Shown in pieces: positions 10,709 through 19,767 of a DNA stretch of 64,000 nucleotides. The translations under genes and the position numbers were made by a program. Each line of letters opens with the position of its first letter. Position 1 is the stretch's first letter. A model generated the notes under the pieces. The model was not told the origin of the DNA. It did not search any database and saw nothing but the letters and a program-made list of their open reading frames with translations. The stretch is from positions 160,001 to 224,000 of the forward strand of contig CAWEMM010000011.1 of the NCBI GenBank assembly GCA_963810095.1, in the 5' to 3' direction. Origin of the DNA: an uncultured Chloroflexia bacterium. Lineage in GTDB: Bacteria > Chloroflexota > Anaerolineae > CG2-30-64-16.

Positions 10709-11809
10709 TTAGATAATAGGGTTTTTTGGCGCGCAAGTCAAGACCTCTGCGCCGTTCTCCGTAATCAGCACGATATCTTCGATGCGCACCCCGCCCCAAC
10801 CGGGAACGTAGATGCCCGGCTCAATCGTGATGAGCATCCCGGCCTCGATGCTGGCGCTCGACGTGCGCGACATCAGCGGCGTCTCGTGGATTTCGAGCCC
10901 CACGCCGTGGCCCAGGCCGTGGCCGAACAGATCGGCATAACCTGCCTCGGCGATCACATCGCGCGCCAGCGCATCCGCAGCGACTGCGCTCAGGCCCGGC
11001 CGGATCCCTGCCTCGGCTGCGACCTGCGCCCGCAGCACCGTGTTGTAGACCGCCCAGAATCGCTCGGGGTCGTTGGGCTGGCCGAAGCAAACCGTCCGGG
11101 TCAGGTCGCCGTGGTATCCGTCGACCTCCGCGCCGATGTCGATCACGATGGGCTCGCCAGCCCGCAGCGGCGCATCGCCGGGCCGGGCATGAGGCAGCGC
11201 ACCGTTCGGCCCACCGGCCACGATCAGCTCGAACGCGACTGCATGCGCGCCGTGCGTGCGCATATAGCTCTCGATGCTCCACGACAGGTCGAGCTCGGTC
11301 ATGCCCGGCCTGGCGTCTGCCAACGCGGCCGCCAGGGCCTCGTCCGTCAGCGCGATCGCCCGGCGCAGCGCTGCGACCTCGGCTTCGTCCTTGATCGCCC
11401 GCAGCCCTTGCACCACCTGGCCGGTGGGCACCCACTCGACACCCGGAGCGGCCGCCTTCCAGCCTTCGAGCGCGGCGACGGTGGCGTGATCCGCTTCGAA
11501 CCCCAAGCGCGACACCCCGGCCGTCTCCAGCATCTGGGGCAGGACTTCCTCTAGCTTGCTCTTGATACGGACCAGCTCGAAATGCGGCGATTGCTGGCTC
11601 ACCTGCTCGTAGTAGCGGAAATCGGTGGCGATTAGTGCGTGGGAGGCAGAAATGAGAAGCGTGCCCGCCGAGCCCGTAAAGCCGCTCAGATAACGGCGAT
11701 TCTCGGGCTGCGACACCAGCAGTCCATCGATACCGAGTTCGCCCAGCAGGGCGCGCACCTTGCCCAGGCGCCCGTTCATGGCCAATGCGCCGGAAGTTGG
11801 AGACGACAT
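10709..11809 (-). CDS. Xaa-Pro aminopeptidase/dipeptidase (M24B)
   Basis: Creatinase-like N-terminus (NRRYLSGFTGSAG, TDFRY) and catalytic motifs ALPHA, DIGA..DGYHGDLTRT, HGLGHGVGLEIHE, TIEPGIY and GVRIED. Confidence 0.93.
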   Translation of the reverse strand: MSSPTSGALAMNGRLGKVRALLGELGIDGLLVSQPENRRYLSGFTGSAGTLLISASHALIATDFRYYEQVSQQSPHFELVRIKSKLEEVLPQMLETAGVSRLGFEADHATVAALEGWKAAAPGVEWVPTGQVVQGLRAIKDEAEVAALRRAIALTDEALAAALADARPGMTELDLSWSIESYMRTHGAHAVAFELIVAGGPNGALPHARPGDAPLRAGEPIVIDIGAEVDGYHGDLTRTVCFGQPNDPERFWAVYNTVLRAQVAAEAGIRPGLSAVAADALARDVIAEAGYADLFGHGLGHGVGLEIHETPLMSRTSSASIEAGMLITIEPGIYVPGWGGVRIEDIVLITENGAEVLTCAPKNPII

Positions 11810-11842
11810 TGTTGATCCCTTCGCGCTTCAGGTCAGGTGGCG

Positions 11843-12790
11843 TTACTCGCTCTTGCGCGCCCGCGGGTGGGCCTTGAGGACCGTGTCCCGCAGCTGCTTC
11901 TGGCTGACCTGCGTGTAAATCTGCGTCGTGCTGGCCGACTCATGCCCCAGCAATTCCTGCACGGAGCGCAGGTCGGCGCCGCCATCGAGCAGGTGCGTCG
12001 CGAAGCTGTGTCGCAGCATGTGGGGTGTGACTGGGTGCTCGATCCCGGCCATCTGCGCGTAGCCCCCGAGCGACCGGGTAAACATGCTGATCGACAGCCG
12101 CTGTCCGAAGCGGTTCAAAAAGAGCGCGGCCGGCCGCTTTGGCAGCCACTTCCCGTCGGCCCGAGCTTTCCCGCCTGACTGTTGCGCGGCCTCAAGCAGC
12201 TTGGGCCGGCCCTCGGTTAGGTAGCGCTGCAGCGCATCGACCGCCGGCCGTCCGACCAGCGCAATGCGCTCCTTCGCGCCTTTGCCCGTCACGTGCACCT
12301 GCCCCTCGCTAAGGCTCACGTCGGCCGTGTCCAGCGCCAACAGCTCGCTCACCCGCAGCCCGCCGCCGTAAAGCATCTCGAGCATCGCACGATCCCGCTG
12401 GCCCTGCGGCGTGCCCAGATCGGGCGCGGCGAACAACTTGTCGATTTCCTCACGCGTCAGCGGCCGCGGCAGCCGTTGGGGCAGCTTGGGCGAGAGGATC
12501 CCCTGCACCGGATTCACTTCGACGATACCCCGTACCCGCATGTAGCTGTAAAACGCCCGCAGCTCAGAAACGCGCCGCGCGACGCTGGCTTTCACATAGC
12601 CCCGAGCGTGCAGGTCGGCCAGCCACTGGCGCAGCAGCGCCGGCGTAACCGCGGACCATGCCGTGATGCCGTGCGCCTCGGCAAAGGCGGCGAACTGGAG
12701 GATCTCGCGGCGGTAGTTGCTCACCGTGTGCGGCGAGGCGTTGGCCTCGGCCACCAGGTGCTTCACATACGCGTCGATCTGCTCCTGCAT
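11843..12790 (-). CDS. xerC: Tyrosine recombinase XerC/XerD
   Basis: SAM-like N-terminal domain, RDRAMLEMLYGGGLRVSEL, GKGAKER, TPHMLRHSFATHLL and LLGHES..TTQIYT. It follows topA, as in the conserved dprA-topA-xerC synteny. Confidence 0.88.
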   Translation of the reverse strand: MQEQIDAYVKHLVAEANASPHTVSNYRREILQFAAFAEAHGITAWSAVTPALLRQWLADLHARGYVKASVARRVSELRAFYSYMRVRGIVEVNPVQGILSPKLPQRLPRPLTREEIDKLFAAPDLGTPQGQRDRAMLEMLYGGGLRVSELLALDTADVSLSEGQVHVTGKGAKERIALVGRPAVDALQRYLTEGRPKLLEAAQQSGGKARADGKWLPKRPAALFLNRFGQRLSISMFTRSLGGYAQMAGIEHPVTPHMLRHSFATHLLDGGADLRSVQELLGHESASTTQIYTQVSQKQLRDTVLKAHPRARKSE

Positions 12791-12806
12791 ATCTGCTCCG
12801 AAGGTT

Positions 12807-12898
12807 GCCACGAATTACACGAATTTCACGAATTGGCCGAATCGCCTGTGTAGCTGCTTATTCCATCCATAATTCGCCAAATCCGTGCAATTCGTGGC
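12807..12898. repeat. Intergenic CACGAATT 9-mer palindromic element
   Basis: GCCACGAATTACACGAATTTCACGAATTGG ... AATTCGCCAAATCCGTGCAATTCGTGGC. A half copy lies at 55685-55712. Confidence 0.75.
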
Positions 12899-12908
12899 GA
12901 GCGGCTCA

Positions 12909-15797
12909 TCACACCTTCATCCGAGCGCCGCAGACGGTGCACTCCGCCGTGTCTTTCGACGCCAGCACCATCAACCCATCGCAGTTCGGGCAGGGTTGAC
13001 CCACGGGCTTCTTCCACGAGGTCCAGTCACAGGCCGGGTAATTCGCGCAGCCGTAGAAGGTGCGTCCCTGGCGGGTGCGTCGCTCCACGATTTCCCCGCG
13101 ATCCTTCGGACACAGCACGCCGAGCTTCGCCACCAGCGGCTTCGTGAAACGACAGGCGGGGTAGTTGCTGCAGCCCACAAAGCGCCCGTAGCGGCCCTGC
13201 TTTATGACAAGTTCTCCGCCGTCGTCGGGGCACAACTCGCCGGTTTTCTCGGGTTCGACCGAGACCTTTTCCATCGTGCGCTCGGCGTTCTGCAGCTGCG
13301 GCTCGAAGAAGTCGTAAAACTGGCGCAGCACCGGCGTCATCTCAGACTCGCCGCGCGAGATGCTGTCCAGCGACTCCTCCATCTGCGCGGTGAAGCCGAC
13401 GTTGAAGACGGAATCAAAATACTTCACGAGCAAGTCGTTGACGGTGAAGCCCAGTTCCGTCGGCACCAGCTTTTTCTCGGACCGTTCCACGTAGGTGCGT
13501 TCGAGGATGGTGGAGATAATCGCCGCATAGGTGCTCGGGCGGCCGATGCCGTATTCCTCCAGCGCCTTGACCAGCGAGGCTTCCGTGTAACGCGGGGGCG
13601 GCTGGGTGAAGTGCTGTTCTGGAAGCAGGCGCAGCAGGTCGAGAAGCTCGCCCGCCGTCAGGTTCGGGATATTCATCTGTTGCTGGGCCGCGTCCCCATC
13701 CGTCGCGCCCTCACTCCCGTCGCCGTCGCCGTTCGACCGTACCTTCTCCGTGCCGTTGCGGCCGTTCTTCCCGTTCGAGTCCGCCGCGAGGTCCCTATCG
13801 GTCCCGCCGGTCTCCTGCGGCCCTGATGCGCCCCCACTGTAGACGGCCAGAAAGCCGGGGAAGCGCACGGTCGAGCCGCTGGCCCGGAACAGGTACGGGC
13901 GCGGGGTGTTGCCGGGCGCGCCCGCCTCCACGTCTACCGTGAGCGTGTCATAGATCGCGGCCGCCATCTGGCTTGCGACGAAGCGCCGCCAGATCAGCTC
14001 GTAGACGCGGAACTGCTCGGCCGAGAGCTTGTCGCGCAGTGCCGCCGGTGAGCGATTGACCGACGTCGGCCGGATCGCCTCGTGCGCCTCCTGTGCGTTC
14101 TTGGCCCGCGCCTTGTAGACGTTGGGCTCCGCGGGCGCGTACTCCGGCCCGAACTGCTGCTGGATCAGCGCGCGGGCCTCGTCTTGCGCCTCTTTTGCCA
14201 CGTTGACGCTGTCGGTCCGCATATAAGTGATGAGGCCGACCGGGCCGCCGCCCTCGCCGATGTCGATGCCCTCGTACAGGTCCTGCGCCACCCGCATCGT
14301 GCGGCTGGCCGCCATCCCCAAGCGATTCGACGCGTCCTGCTGGAGCGTGCTGGTGGTAAACGGCGGATTCGGCCGCCGGCGGCGCTCGCCCCGCTTCACG
14401 TTGGCAACCGAATACGCAGCACCTTCCAGCTCGCGCACGACTGCCGCGGAGTCCTGCTCATTCTTCAGGTCGGCTTCCTGCCCCCGAATCCGAACGAGCC
14501 GGGCCAGGAAGCTGGGCCGGGGCTGCTGGCCGCGCGTCGTTTGCTGGGCCAGGTCCGCATCCACCGACCAATACTCCACCGCGACGAACGCCTGGATCTC
14601 GCGCTCGCGCTCCACGATCAGGCGCAGCGCCACCGACTGGACGCGTCCGGCCGACAGGCGGCTCTTGACGCGATCCCACAGCAGCGGGCTGATCTGGTAA
14701 CCGACCAACCGGTCGAGGATGCGCCGCGCCTGCTGCGCATCGACCAACTCCATGTCGATATCACGGCTGTGGCGGAACGCCTCGTCCACCGCGTTGCGCG
14801 TGATCTCGTGGAACACCACCCGGTGCGCCCGTTCCTGGGGGATTTCGGCCGCCTCCATCAGGTGCCATGCGATGGCCTCGCCCTCCCGGTCGGGGTCCGT
14901 GGCCAGGTAAACCTCGCGCGCCTCTGCGGCCGCGGCCTTCAGGTCCTTGACGACTGACTTCTTGTCGTCGGGCACCCGGTACTTAGGCACAAAGCCGCCC
15001 TCGATATCGACGGACAGCTGCGAGCGCAGCAGGTCACGCACGTGCCCGATCGATGCCCGCACGTCGTAGTCGCGCCCCAGGAACCGCCCCACCGTGCGCG
15101 CCTTCGCCGGCGACTCGACAATCACCAGCTTGGTGCCGTGCAAGGGCCCGCCGTGTGACCGGCGGCCGGTCCCGCCGTCCTTGGCCGCCGGCGCCTTGGC
15201 GCCTTCGCGCTTCGCACCCTTCGCCGCCGCCTTCGCACCTTCGCGCTTCGCGCCCTTTGCCGCCGCCGGCCTCGCCGGCGCCTTCGCGCCTTCGCGTTCC
15301 AAACCCTTTGCCGCCGCCGGCTTTGCCGGCGCCTTCGTGGCTTCCCGCGCCACGGCCACCGGCTGGGGCAAGCCGGCATGGTCGGGGGTCGCGCCGATCT
15401 TGAACAGACGCGTGCCGCACTCCGGGCAGCGCCCCTCGGCGGCGGGCCGCGCGTTGTTCATGAAGATGGCGCGTCCGTCGGCCAGGGGCCGCAGCGCCTT
15501 GCACTTCATGCAGTAGGCTTGCACGGGCTGGGTCAGCGGCGCGGAGACCTCGCTGGGCGCGGGTCCAGACGCGGCTTGCTTCGTTTTGCCGGCGGGTTTG
15601 GGAGTAGCAGACGGGACGGGCGCGGGAAGCAACTCGTGCGCCGGCGTCGCGCCGATGCGCGTCAACTTCGTCCCGCACTCGGGACAGCGGCCGCGGGTGG
15701 CGGCCCGGCCATTTGCCAGGAAAACTGGCTCGGCATCGGCCAGCGGCCGCATCGTCTTGCACTTAACGCAATAAGCAGTCAGGTTCGTTTCAGTCAT
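12909..15797 (-). CDS. topA: DNA topoisomerase I (type IA) with an unusual N-terminal extension (two Cys4 zinc-ribbon modules and an Ala/Lys-rich repeat)
   Basis: LVIVESPAKA, ATDPDREGEAI, SAGRVQS, ITYMRTDS, QEAHEAIRPT and GIGRPSTYA motifs, plus C-terminal zinc ribbons. An N-terminal region of about 220 aa carries AYCxKC...CPECGT twice. Confidence 0.96.
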   Translation of the reverse strand: MTETNLTAYCVKCKTMRPLADAEPVFLANGRAATRGRCPECGTKLTRIGATPAHELLPAPVPSATPKPAGKTKQAASGPAPSEVSAPLTQPVQAYCMKCKALRPLADGRAIFMNNARPAAEGRCPECGTRLFKIGATPDHAGLPQPVAVAREATKAPAKPAAAKGLEREGAKAPARPAAAKGAKREGAKAAAKGAKREGAKAPAAKDGGTGRRSHGGPLHGTKLVIVESPAKARTVGRFLGRDYDVRASIGHVRDLLRSQLSVDIEGGFVPKYRVPDDKKSVVKDLKAAAAEAREVYLATDPDREGEAIAWHLMEAAEIPQERAHRVVFHEITRNAVDEAFRHSRDIDMELVDAQQARRILDRLVGYQISPLLWDRVKSRLSAGRVQSVALRLIVEREREIQAFVAVEYWSVDADLAQQTTRGQQPRPSFLARLVRIRGQEADLKNEQDSAAVVRELEGAAYSVANVKRGERRRRPNPPFTTSTLQQDASNRLGMAASRTMRVAQDLYEGIDIGEGGGPVGLITYMRTDSVNVAKEAQDEARALIQQQFGPEYAPAEPNVYKARAKNAQEAHEAIRPTSVNRSPAALRDKLSAEQFRVYELIWRRFVASQMAAAIYDTLTVDVEAGAPGNTPRPYLFRASGSTVRFPGFLAVYSGGASGPQETGGTDRDLAADSNGKNGRNGTEKVRSNGDGDGSEGATDGDAAQQQMNIPNLTAGELLDLLRLLPEQHFTQPPPRYTEASLVKALEEYGIGRPSTYAAIISTILERTYVERSEKKLVPTELGFTVNDLLVKYFDSVFNVGFTAQMEESLDSISRGESEMTPVLRQFYDFFEPQLQNAERTMEKVSVEPEKTGELCPDDGGELVIKQGRYGRFVGCSNYPACRFTKPLVAKLGVLCPKDRGEIVERRTRQGRTFYGCANYPACDWTSWKKPVGQPCPNCDGLMVLASKDTAECTVCGARMKV

Positions 15798-15807
15798 GCG
15801 CGTCTCT

Positions 15808-15840
15808 AGAAACCTGGTTTCTCGAAGACACCAGGTTTCT
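15808..15840. repeat. REP-like AGAAACCnGGTTTCT dimer
   Basis: AGAAACCTGGTTTCT-CGA-AGACACCAGGTTTCT. Related copies lie at 21577, 35489 and 58435. Confidence 0.75.
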
Positions 15841-15848
15841 TACAGTCC

Positions 15849-16916
15849 TCATAGGTAGGTGAGCTGCCCGGCAGTCTCGAGTTGCTTAACCAGATCGCGA
15901 ACCTCGTCGGCGCGCGACCGGGGGCAGACCAGCAGCACGTCGGGCGTGTCCACGATGACCACGTCTTCCATGCCAATCACGGCGACCGTGCGCTCGCTGC
16001 GCACGTAGCACCCTCTCGCATCCTTCGCCAGCAGCAGGCCGCCGGCGACATTGTCGTTTGCGTCGTGTGGCAGCACGTCGAGCAGCGCGCCCCAGCTCCC
16101 GATGTCGCTCCAGCCGATGTCGACCGGGATCACTGACACCCGTTCGGCCCGTTCCATCACCCCGTAGTCGACCGATACCTTGCTCAGCTTGGGCCACTCG
16201 GCCTCGAGCACGGCCTGCGCTTCGGGCGTCCCGAGCGCATCCCCGATGTGCCTCAGCGCCGCGTACGACTCGGGCATCTGCCGCTGGAATTCGCCAAGCA
16301 GCCTGTCGGCCCGCCAGATGAACATGCCCGCGTTCCACACATGCCGTCCGCCATCGAGAAAGGCCTGCGCGGTCTTCGGGTCAGGCTTTTCGCGAAAGCC
16401 CGCCGACTCGTAGACCCGGAACCCCTCTACGATCTCCTGCGACTCGCCCAGCTCGATGTAACCGAAACGTGTGTCGGGCCCTGCCGGCTTGACGCCAAGT
16501 GTGACAATCGTACCGTCGCCCGCGACCTCCGCGGCTGCGGCGAGCACCGACCGGAACTGTTCCACGTCCACGATAAAGTGATCGGCCGTCAGCATGACCA
16601 TGATTGCATCCGGGTCGCGGTGGAGCAGATTGATCGCGGCGAGCCCGGCGGCGGGCCCCGAGTCGCGCCCCGACGGCTCGACGATGAAGTTTGCCGCGGG
16701 TATCTCAGGCGCTTGTGGTTGGAGCAGCGTCGTCAGCTCGGCGTTTGTGCCGACGAAGATGCGCTCGGGCGGAAACAGCGGCGCGAGCCGGTCGACCGCG
16801 TGCTGGAACATCGTCCGGTCGCCGATCAGCTTCAGCGCTTGCTTCGGCTGGCTCTTCCGGCTGAGCGGCCACAGGCGCGTGCCCGATCCCCCCGCAATAA
16901 TGACCGCGTACAACAT
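15849..16916 (-). CDS. manC: Mannose-1-phosphate guanylyltransferase
   Basis: AVIIAGGSGTRLWPLSR..PKQ, EPSGRDSGPA, ADHFI, FREKPD, WNAGMF, SVDYGVME and WSDIGSW motifs. GGAGGAG RBS. Confidence 0.92.
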   Translation of the reverse strand: MLYAVIIAGGSGTRLWPLSRKSQPKQALKLIGDRTMFQHAVDRLAPLFPPERIFVGTNAELTTLLQPQAPEIPAANFIVEPSGRDSGPAAGLAAINLLHRDPDAIMVMLTADHFIVDVEQFRSVLAAAAEVAGDGTIVTLGVKPAGPDTRFGYIELGESQEIVEGFRVYESAGFREKPDPKTAQAFLDGGRHVWNAGMFIWRADRLLGEFQRQMPESYAALRHIGDALGTPEAQAVLEAEWPKLSKVSVDYGVMERAERVSVIPVDIGWSDIGSWGALLDVLPHDANDNVAGGLLLAKDARGCYVRSERTVAVIGMEDVVIVDTPDVLLVCPRSRADEVRDLVKQLETAGQLTYL

Positions 16917-16940
16917 CGTCCGAACTCCTCCATGAACATC

Positions 16941-16973
16941 AGACGTTCGAGGTCTCGAGGACCCCGAACGTCT
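16941..16973. repeat. Intergenic palindrome (REP-like)
   Basis: AGACGTTCGAGGTCTCGAGGACCCCGAACGTCT between dprA and manC. Confidence 0.55.
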
Positions 16974-16982
16974 CACTTGCAT

Positions 16983-18066
16983 TTACCTCGCCCGCACGTA
17001 AGTCATGCCGCCCGCGCTGTTGACGAGCCCCTTGAGCTCCATCAGCGCCAACGTGCCTGTAACGGTCGCGATCGGCAGTCCCGTTGCCCGGCAGATCTCG
17101 TCCGCATGCACCGGCTCATCCGACAACTGCTCAAACAGAGCCGCCTCGACCGGATCGGTTGGGAACAGCATGCGGGCTTCTACGTGCGCCTCGACCTGGG
17201 TCAGGTCGAGCGCTTCCAGAATGTCGTTCACCGACGTTACAGGGACGGCCCCGTCGCGAATCAGGCGATTCACCCCTGCGCTATTACGGGCAAAGATACT
17301 CCCGGGCACGGCAAAGACGTCACGGCCCTGGTCGGCGGCAAAGCGGGCCGTAATCAACGCACCGCTGACTTCGCCCGCCTCAATCACCACGACGCCGCGG
17401 CTCAAGCCGCTGACAATCCGGTTGCGGGGCGGGAAGTTGCTCGCCTCGGGCTGCGTGCCCAACGGGTACTCGCTGATCACCGCACCATTCGCCGCCAGAT
17501 CCGCGGCCAACTTCTTGTTTTCCCAGGGATAGATCACGTCGACGCCTGAGCCCAGCACCGCGATGCTGCGCCCGCCGGCGTCAAGTGCCGCCCGGTGCGC
17601 CACCGCGTCGACGCCTCGCGCGAGACCGCTGATCACCGTGATCCCTGCCTTGGCCAGGTCGCCCCCCAGGCTGCGCGCCGCTTCCCGGCCGTAATTGGAG
17701 ATCGAGCGCGTCCCGACGACGGCAACGCCGTAGTCGTCTTCCGGGCACAGTTCGCCCATGCATGTAAAGCAGCGGCGGCGGATCGTTAATGGCTTTGAGG
17801 CGAGCCGGATAGCGAGGGTCCTCCCAGGTGAGCAGAGAGATGCCGGCCCTTTGCACGCGGCCCAGTTCGGCCTCAAGGTCGAGCTTTCCGCGCATTTCCA
17901 CCAGGCTCTGGATGGACCGCCGATCCAATCCGACGTCGCGCAGCGCATCCGGCGCCGCCGTCCAGGCAGCCCCGACGCTGCCGAAGGCATCCAGCAAAGC
18001 ACGTAGGCGGGCCGGGCCAATCCCACGCACCTTATTGAAGCCGATCCAATAGGCGAGAGAGTCCAA
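16983..18066 (-). CDS. dprA: DNA-processing protein DprA (Smf); frameshift about 17756
   Basis: N-terminus LAYWIGFNKVRGIGP...YPARL..I.DPPPLLY (TTG start) joins VAVVGTR, ISGLARGVD, FPPRNRIVSGLS, SGALITA and a C-terminal winged helix. Confidence 0.92.
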
Positions 18067-18273
18067 GGAGCACCTTCCAGCGACGATGCTGCGGCTTGCT
18101 TGCCGGGTGCGGCAAACATGCCGGCGAAGGGCGCCAGTCTGCCGGGCCAGGTGCACGGTATAACCGCGCCGGCCCTCAGGCAACCACCGACCCGTCTGCC
18201 CTTGACGGTCGAGAGCATAAACGAGACAGGATTCTTTGTCAACAGAACGCGACCTGTGCCGGCTGCAAAAAAG

Positions 18274-18881
18274 TCAGCCGTTCCCGTCGTTCCCGTCGTT
18301 CTCGTCCTGCCGGTCGTCTTCTTCGTTCTCGTCGTTTTCTCGCTCGGCCGGCGCCAGCAGCCCATCGGGCAGGGCCACCGTCATACGATGGCCGGGCAGG
18401 TCGACACTGAGAATCACCTCACGGGTGGCGGGGATCAGCGTCTCGCCGGCGAGCCGCGGACGATGTACACGTCGTTGGCGGGGGTGAAGAGGATCTCCAC
18501 CAGCTTGCCAAGCGCGACGCCGTCGTTCGTGACGACGTCCAGCCCGATCAGGTCGTGCGCGTAGTTCTCGTGCTCGCCCAGCGGCATGGCGTCCGCCTCG
18601 GGAATCAGCACGTAGCGATCGCGCAGCGCTTCGGCCGCATTCCTGTCCTTGGTGTTGCCGAACAGGACCAGCCAACGGCCCTGGTGCGGCCGGGCGGCGG
18701 CGATCTCCGTCGCCACGACCTCGCCCGCATCGACTTTCTGGCCGAGGAACACCCGGGCGCCCTTCTTGAAGCGCTCAGGGAAGTCGGTTAGCGGCTCGAC
18801 CTTGACCTCGCCCCGAATCCCGTGCGGCGCGACGATCTGGCCGATGGCAATGTAGCTCTGCTGTGCTTGCGGCTCCGTCAT
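18274..18881 (-). CDS. rimM: Ribosome maturation factor RimM; frameshift about 18450; acidic C-terminal tail
   Basis: IGQIVAPHGIRGEVKV, DRNAAEALR, YAHDLIGL, TPANDVY, then ETLIPA...PDGLL. Lies in the rpsP-khpA-rimM operon. Confidence 0.93.
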
Positions 18882-18964
18882 ACTACGTACATCCCTCTCC
18901 ATGAAAAACGGGCGGAGGCGTCCCGGCGTTCCCGCCTGCGCTCCACCCGCTGCAGTGGCTTCTT

Positions 18965-19038
18965 ACCACAAAGCCACAAAGTCACGAAGTCAGACCATGA
19001 GATTTTCGTGAAACCTCGTGTCTTCGTGTCTTCGTGGT
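18965..19038. repeat. Intergenic CACAAAG/CACGAAG palindromic element
   Basis: ACCACAAAGCCACAAAGTCACGAAG ... CTCGTGTCTTCGTGTCTTCGTGGT, homologous to 9262-9333. Confidence 0.75.
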
Positions 19039-19045
19039 TCCGGCC

Positions 19046-19273
19046 TTACACGATCTCCAGCACCACCCGGCGTTCCTGCGACATGACCCGCAGGATCGTG
19101 CGCAGCGCATTGGCCACGCGGCCGTCCTTACCGATCACGCGGCCCATGTCCTCCCGGTCGACATGCAACTCGAGGACGGTGACGCTGGCCCCGCGCGTCT
19201 CCTTAACAAACACCTTCTCCGGCTTCTCGACGAGCTGCCGGGCGATATACTCGATCAGTTCTTTCTCTTTCAC
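19046..19273 (-). CDS. khpA: KH-domain RNA-binding protein KhpA
   Basis: 75 aa with DMGRVIGKDGRVANALRT, in the canonical position between rpsP and rimM. GTG start with GGAGG. Confidence 0.93.
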   Translation of the reverse strand: MKEKELIEYIARQLVEKPEKVFVKETRGASVTVLELHVDREDMGRVIGKDGRVANALRTILRVMSQERRVVLEIV

Positions 19274-19383
19274 CAGTCAGCCTCCACATGCATCCGGGGC
19301 CGGCCACTCAACTGGCGCTGGCGGCCCGGCCCATGCCCCCACCCTGTGCCTTGCGGCGGTGCGGGGTCTGGTCGGCTGACGGG

Positions 19384-19659
19384 TTAGGCCGCCGGCTGCG
19401 CTTGCACCGGGCCGGCATCTTTCAGCAAGCCTTGCTTCTTCAGCAGTCGGGCAACGCCTTCGCTGGGCTGCGCACCCTGGCTGAGCCAAAAGGTCGCACG
19501 TTCGCCGTCGATCGAGTAGGTCTCGGGATCGGTGGTCGGGTTGTAGAAGCCGATGTTTTCGAGGATCCGGCCATCACGCGGCGAGCGCTGATCGGCTACG
19601 ACGATGCGATAGCTTGCCTGCTTCTTGGCGCCCTGGCGGCGCAGACGAATACGTACCAT
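19384..19659 (-). CDS. rpsP: 30S ribosomal protein S16
   Basis: MVRIRLRRQGAKKQASYRIVVADQRSPRDGR..E.IGFYNP...WLSQGAQPS. Confidence 0.97.
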   Translation of the reverse strand: MVRIRLRRQGAKKQASYRIVVADQRSPRDGRILENIGFYNPTTDPETYSIDGERATFWLSQGAQPSEGVARLLKKQGLLKDAGPVQAQPAA

Positions 19660-19708
19660 GGATGTGCTTCTCCTTGAGTATGGGACGCAGAGGGTCCCGA
19701 ATGCTGAA

Positions 19709-19764
19709 CTTTACCGCTCGTGCCTTCTTCCGACTAGCGTCGGAAGAAGGCACGAGCGGTAAAG
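19709..19764. repeat. Perfect 26-bp inverted repeat with a 4-nt loop between ffh and rpsP
   Basis: CTTTACCGCTCGTGCCTTCTTCCGAC-TAGC-GTCGGAAGAAGGCACGAGCGGTAAAG. Confidence 0.9.
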
Positions 19765-19767
19765 CAA

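Noticed and set aside
11843-12790. Tyrosine recombinase as a prophage/ICE integrase
   Set aside because: It has XerC/D-type size and motifs, sits in the conserved dprA-topA-xerC context, and has no phage genes, att-like repeats or tRNA nearby.
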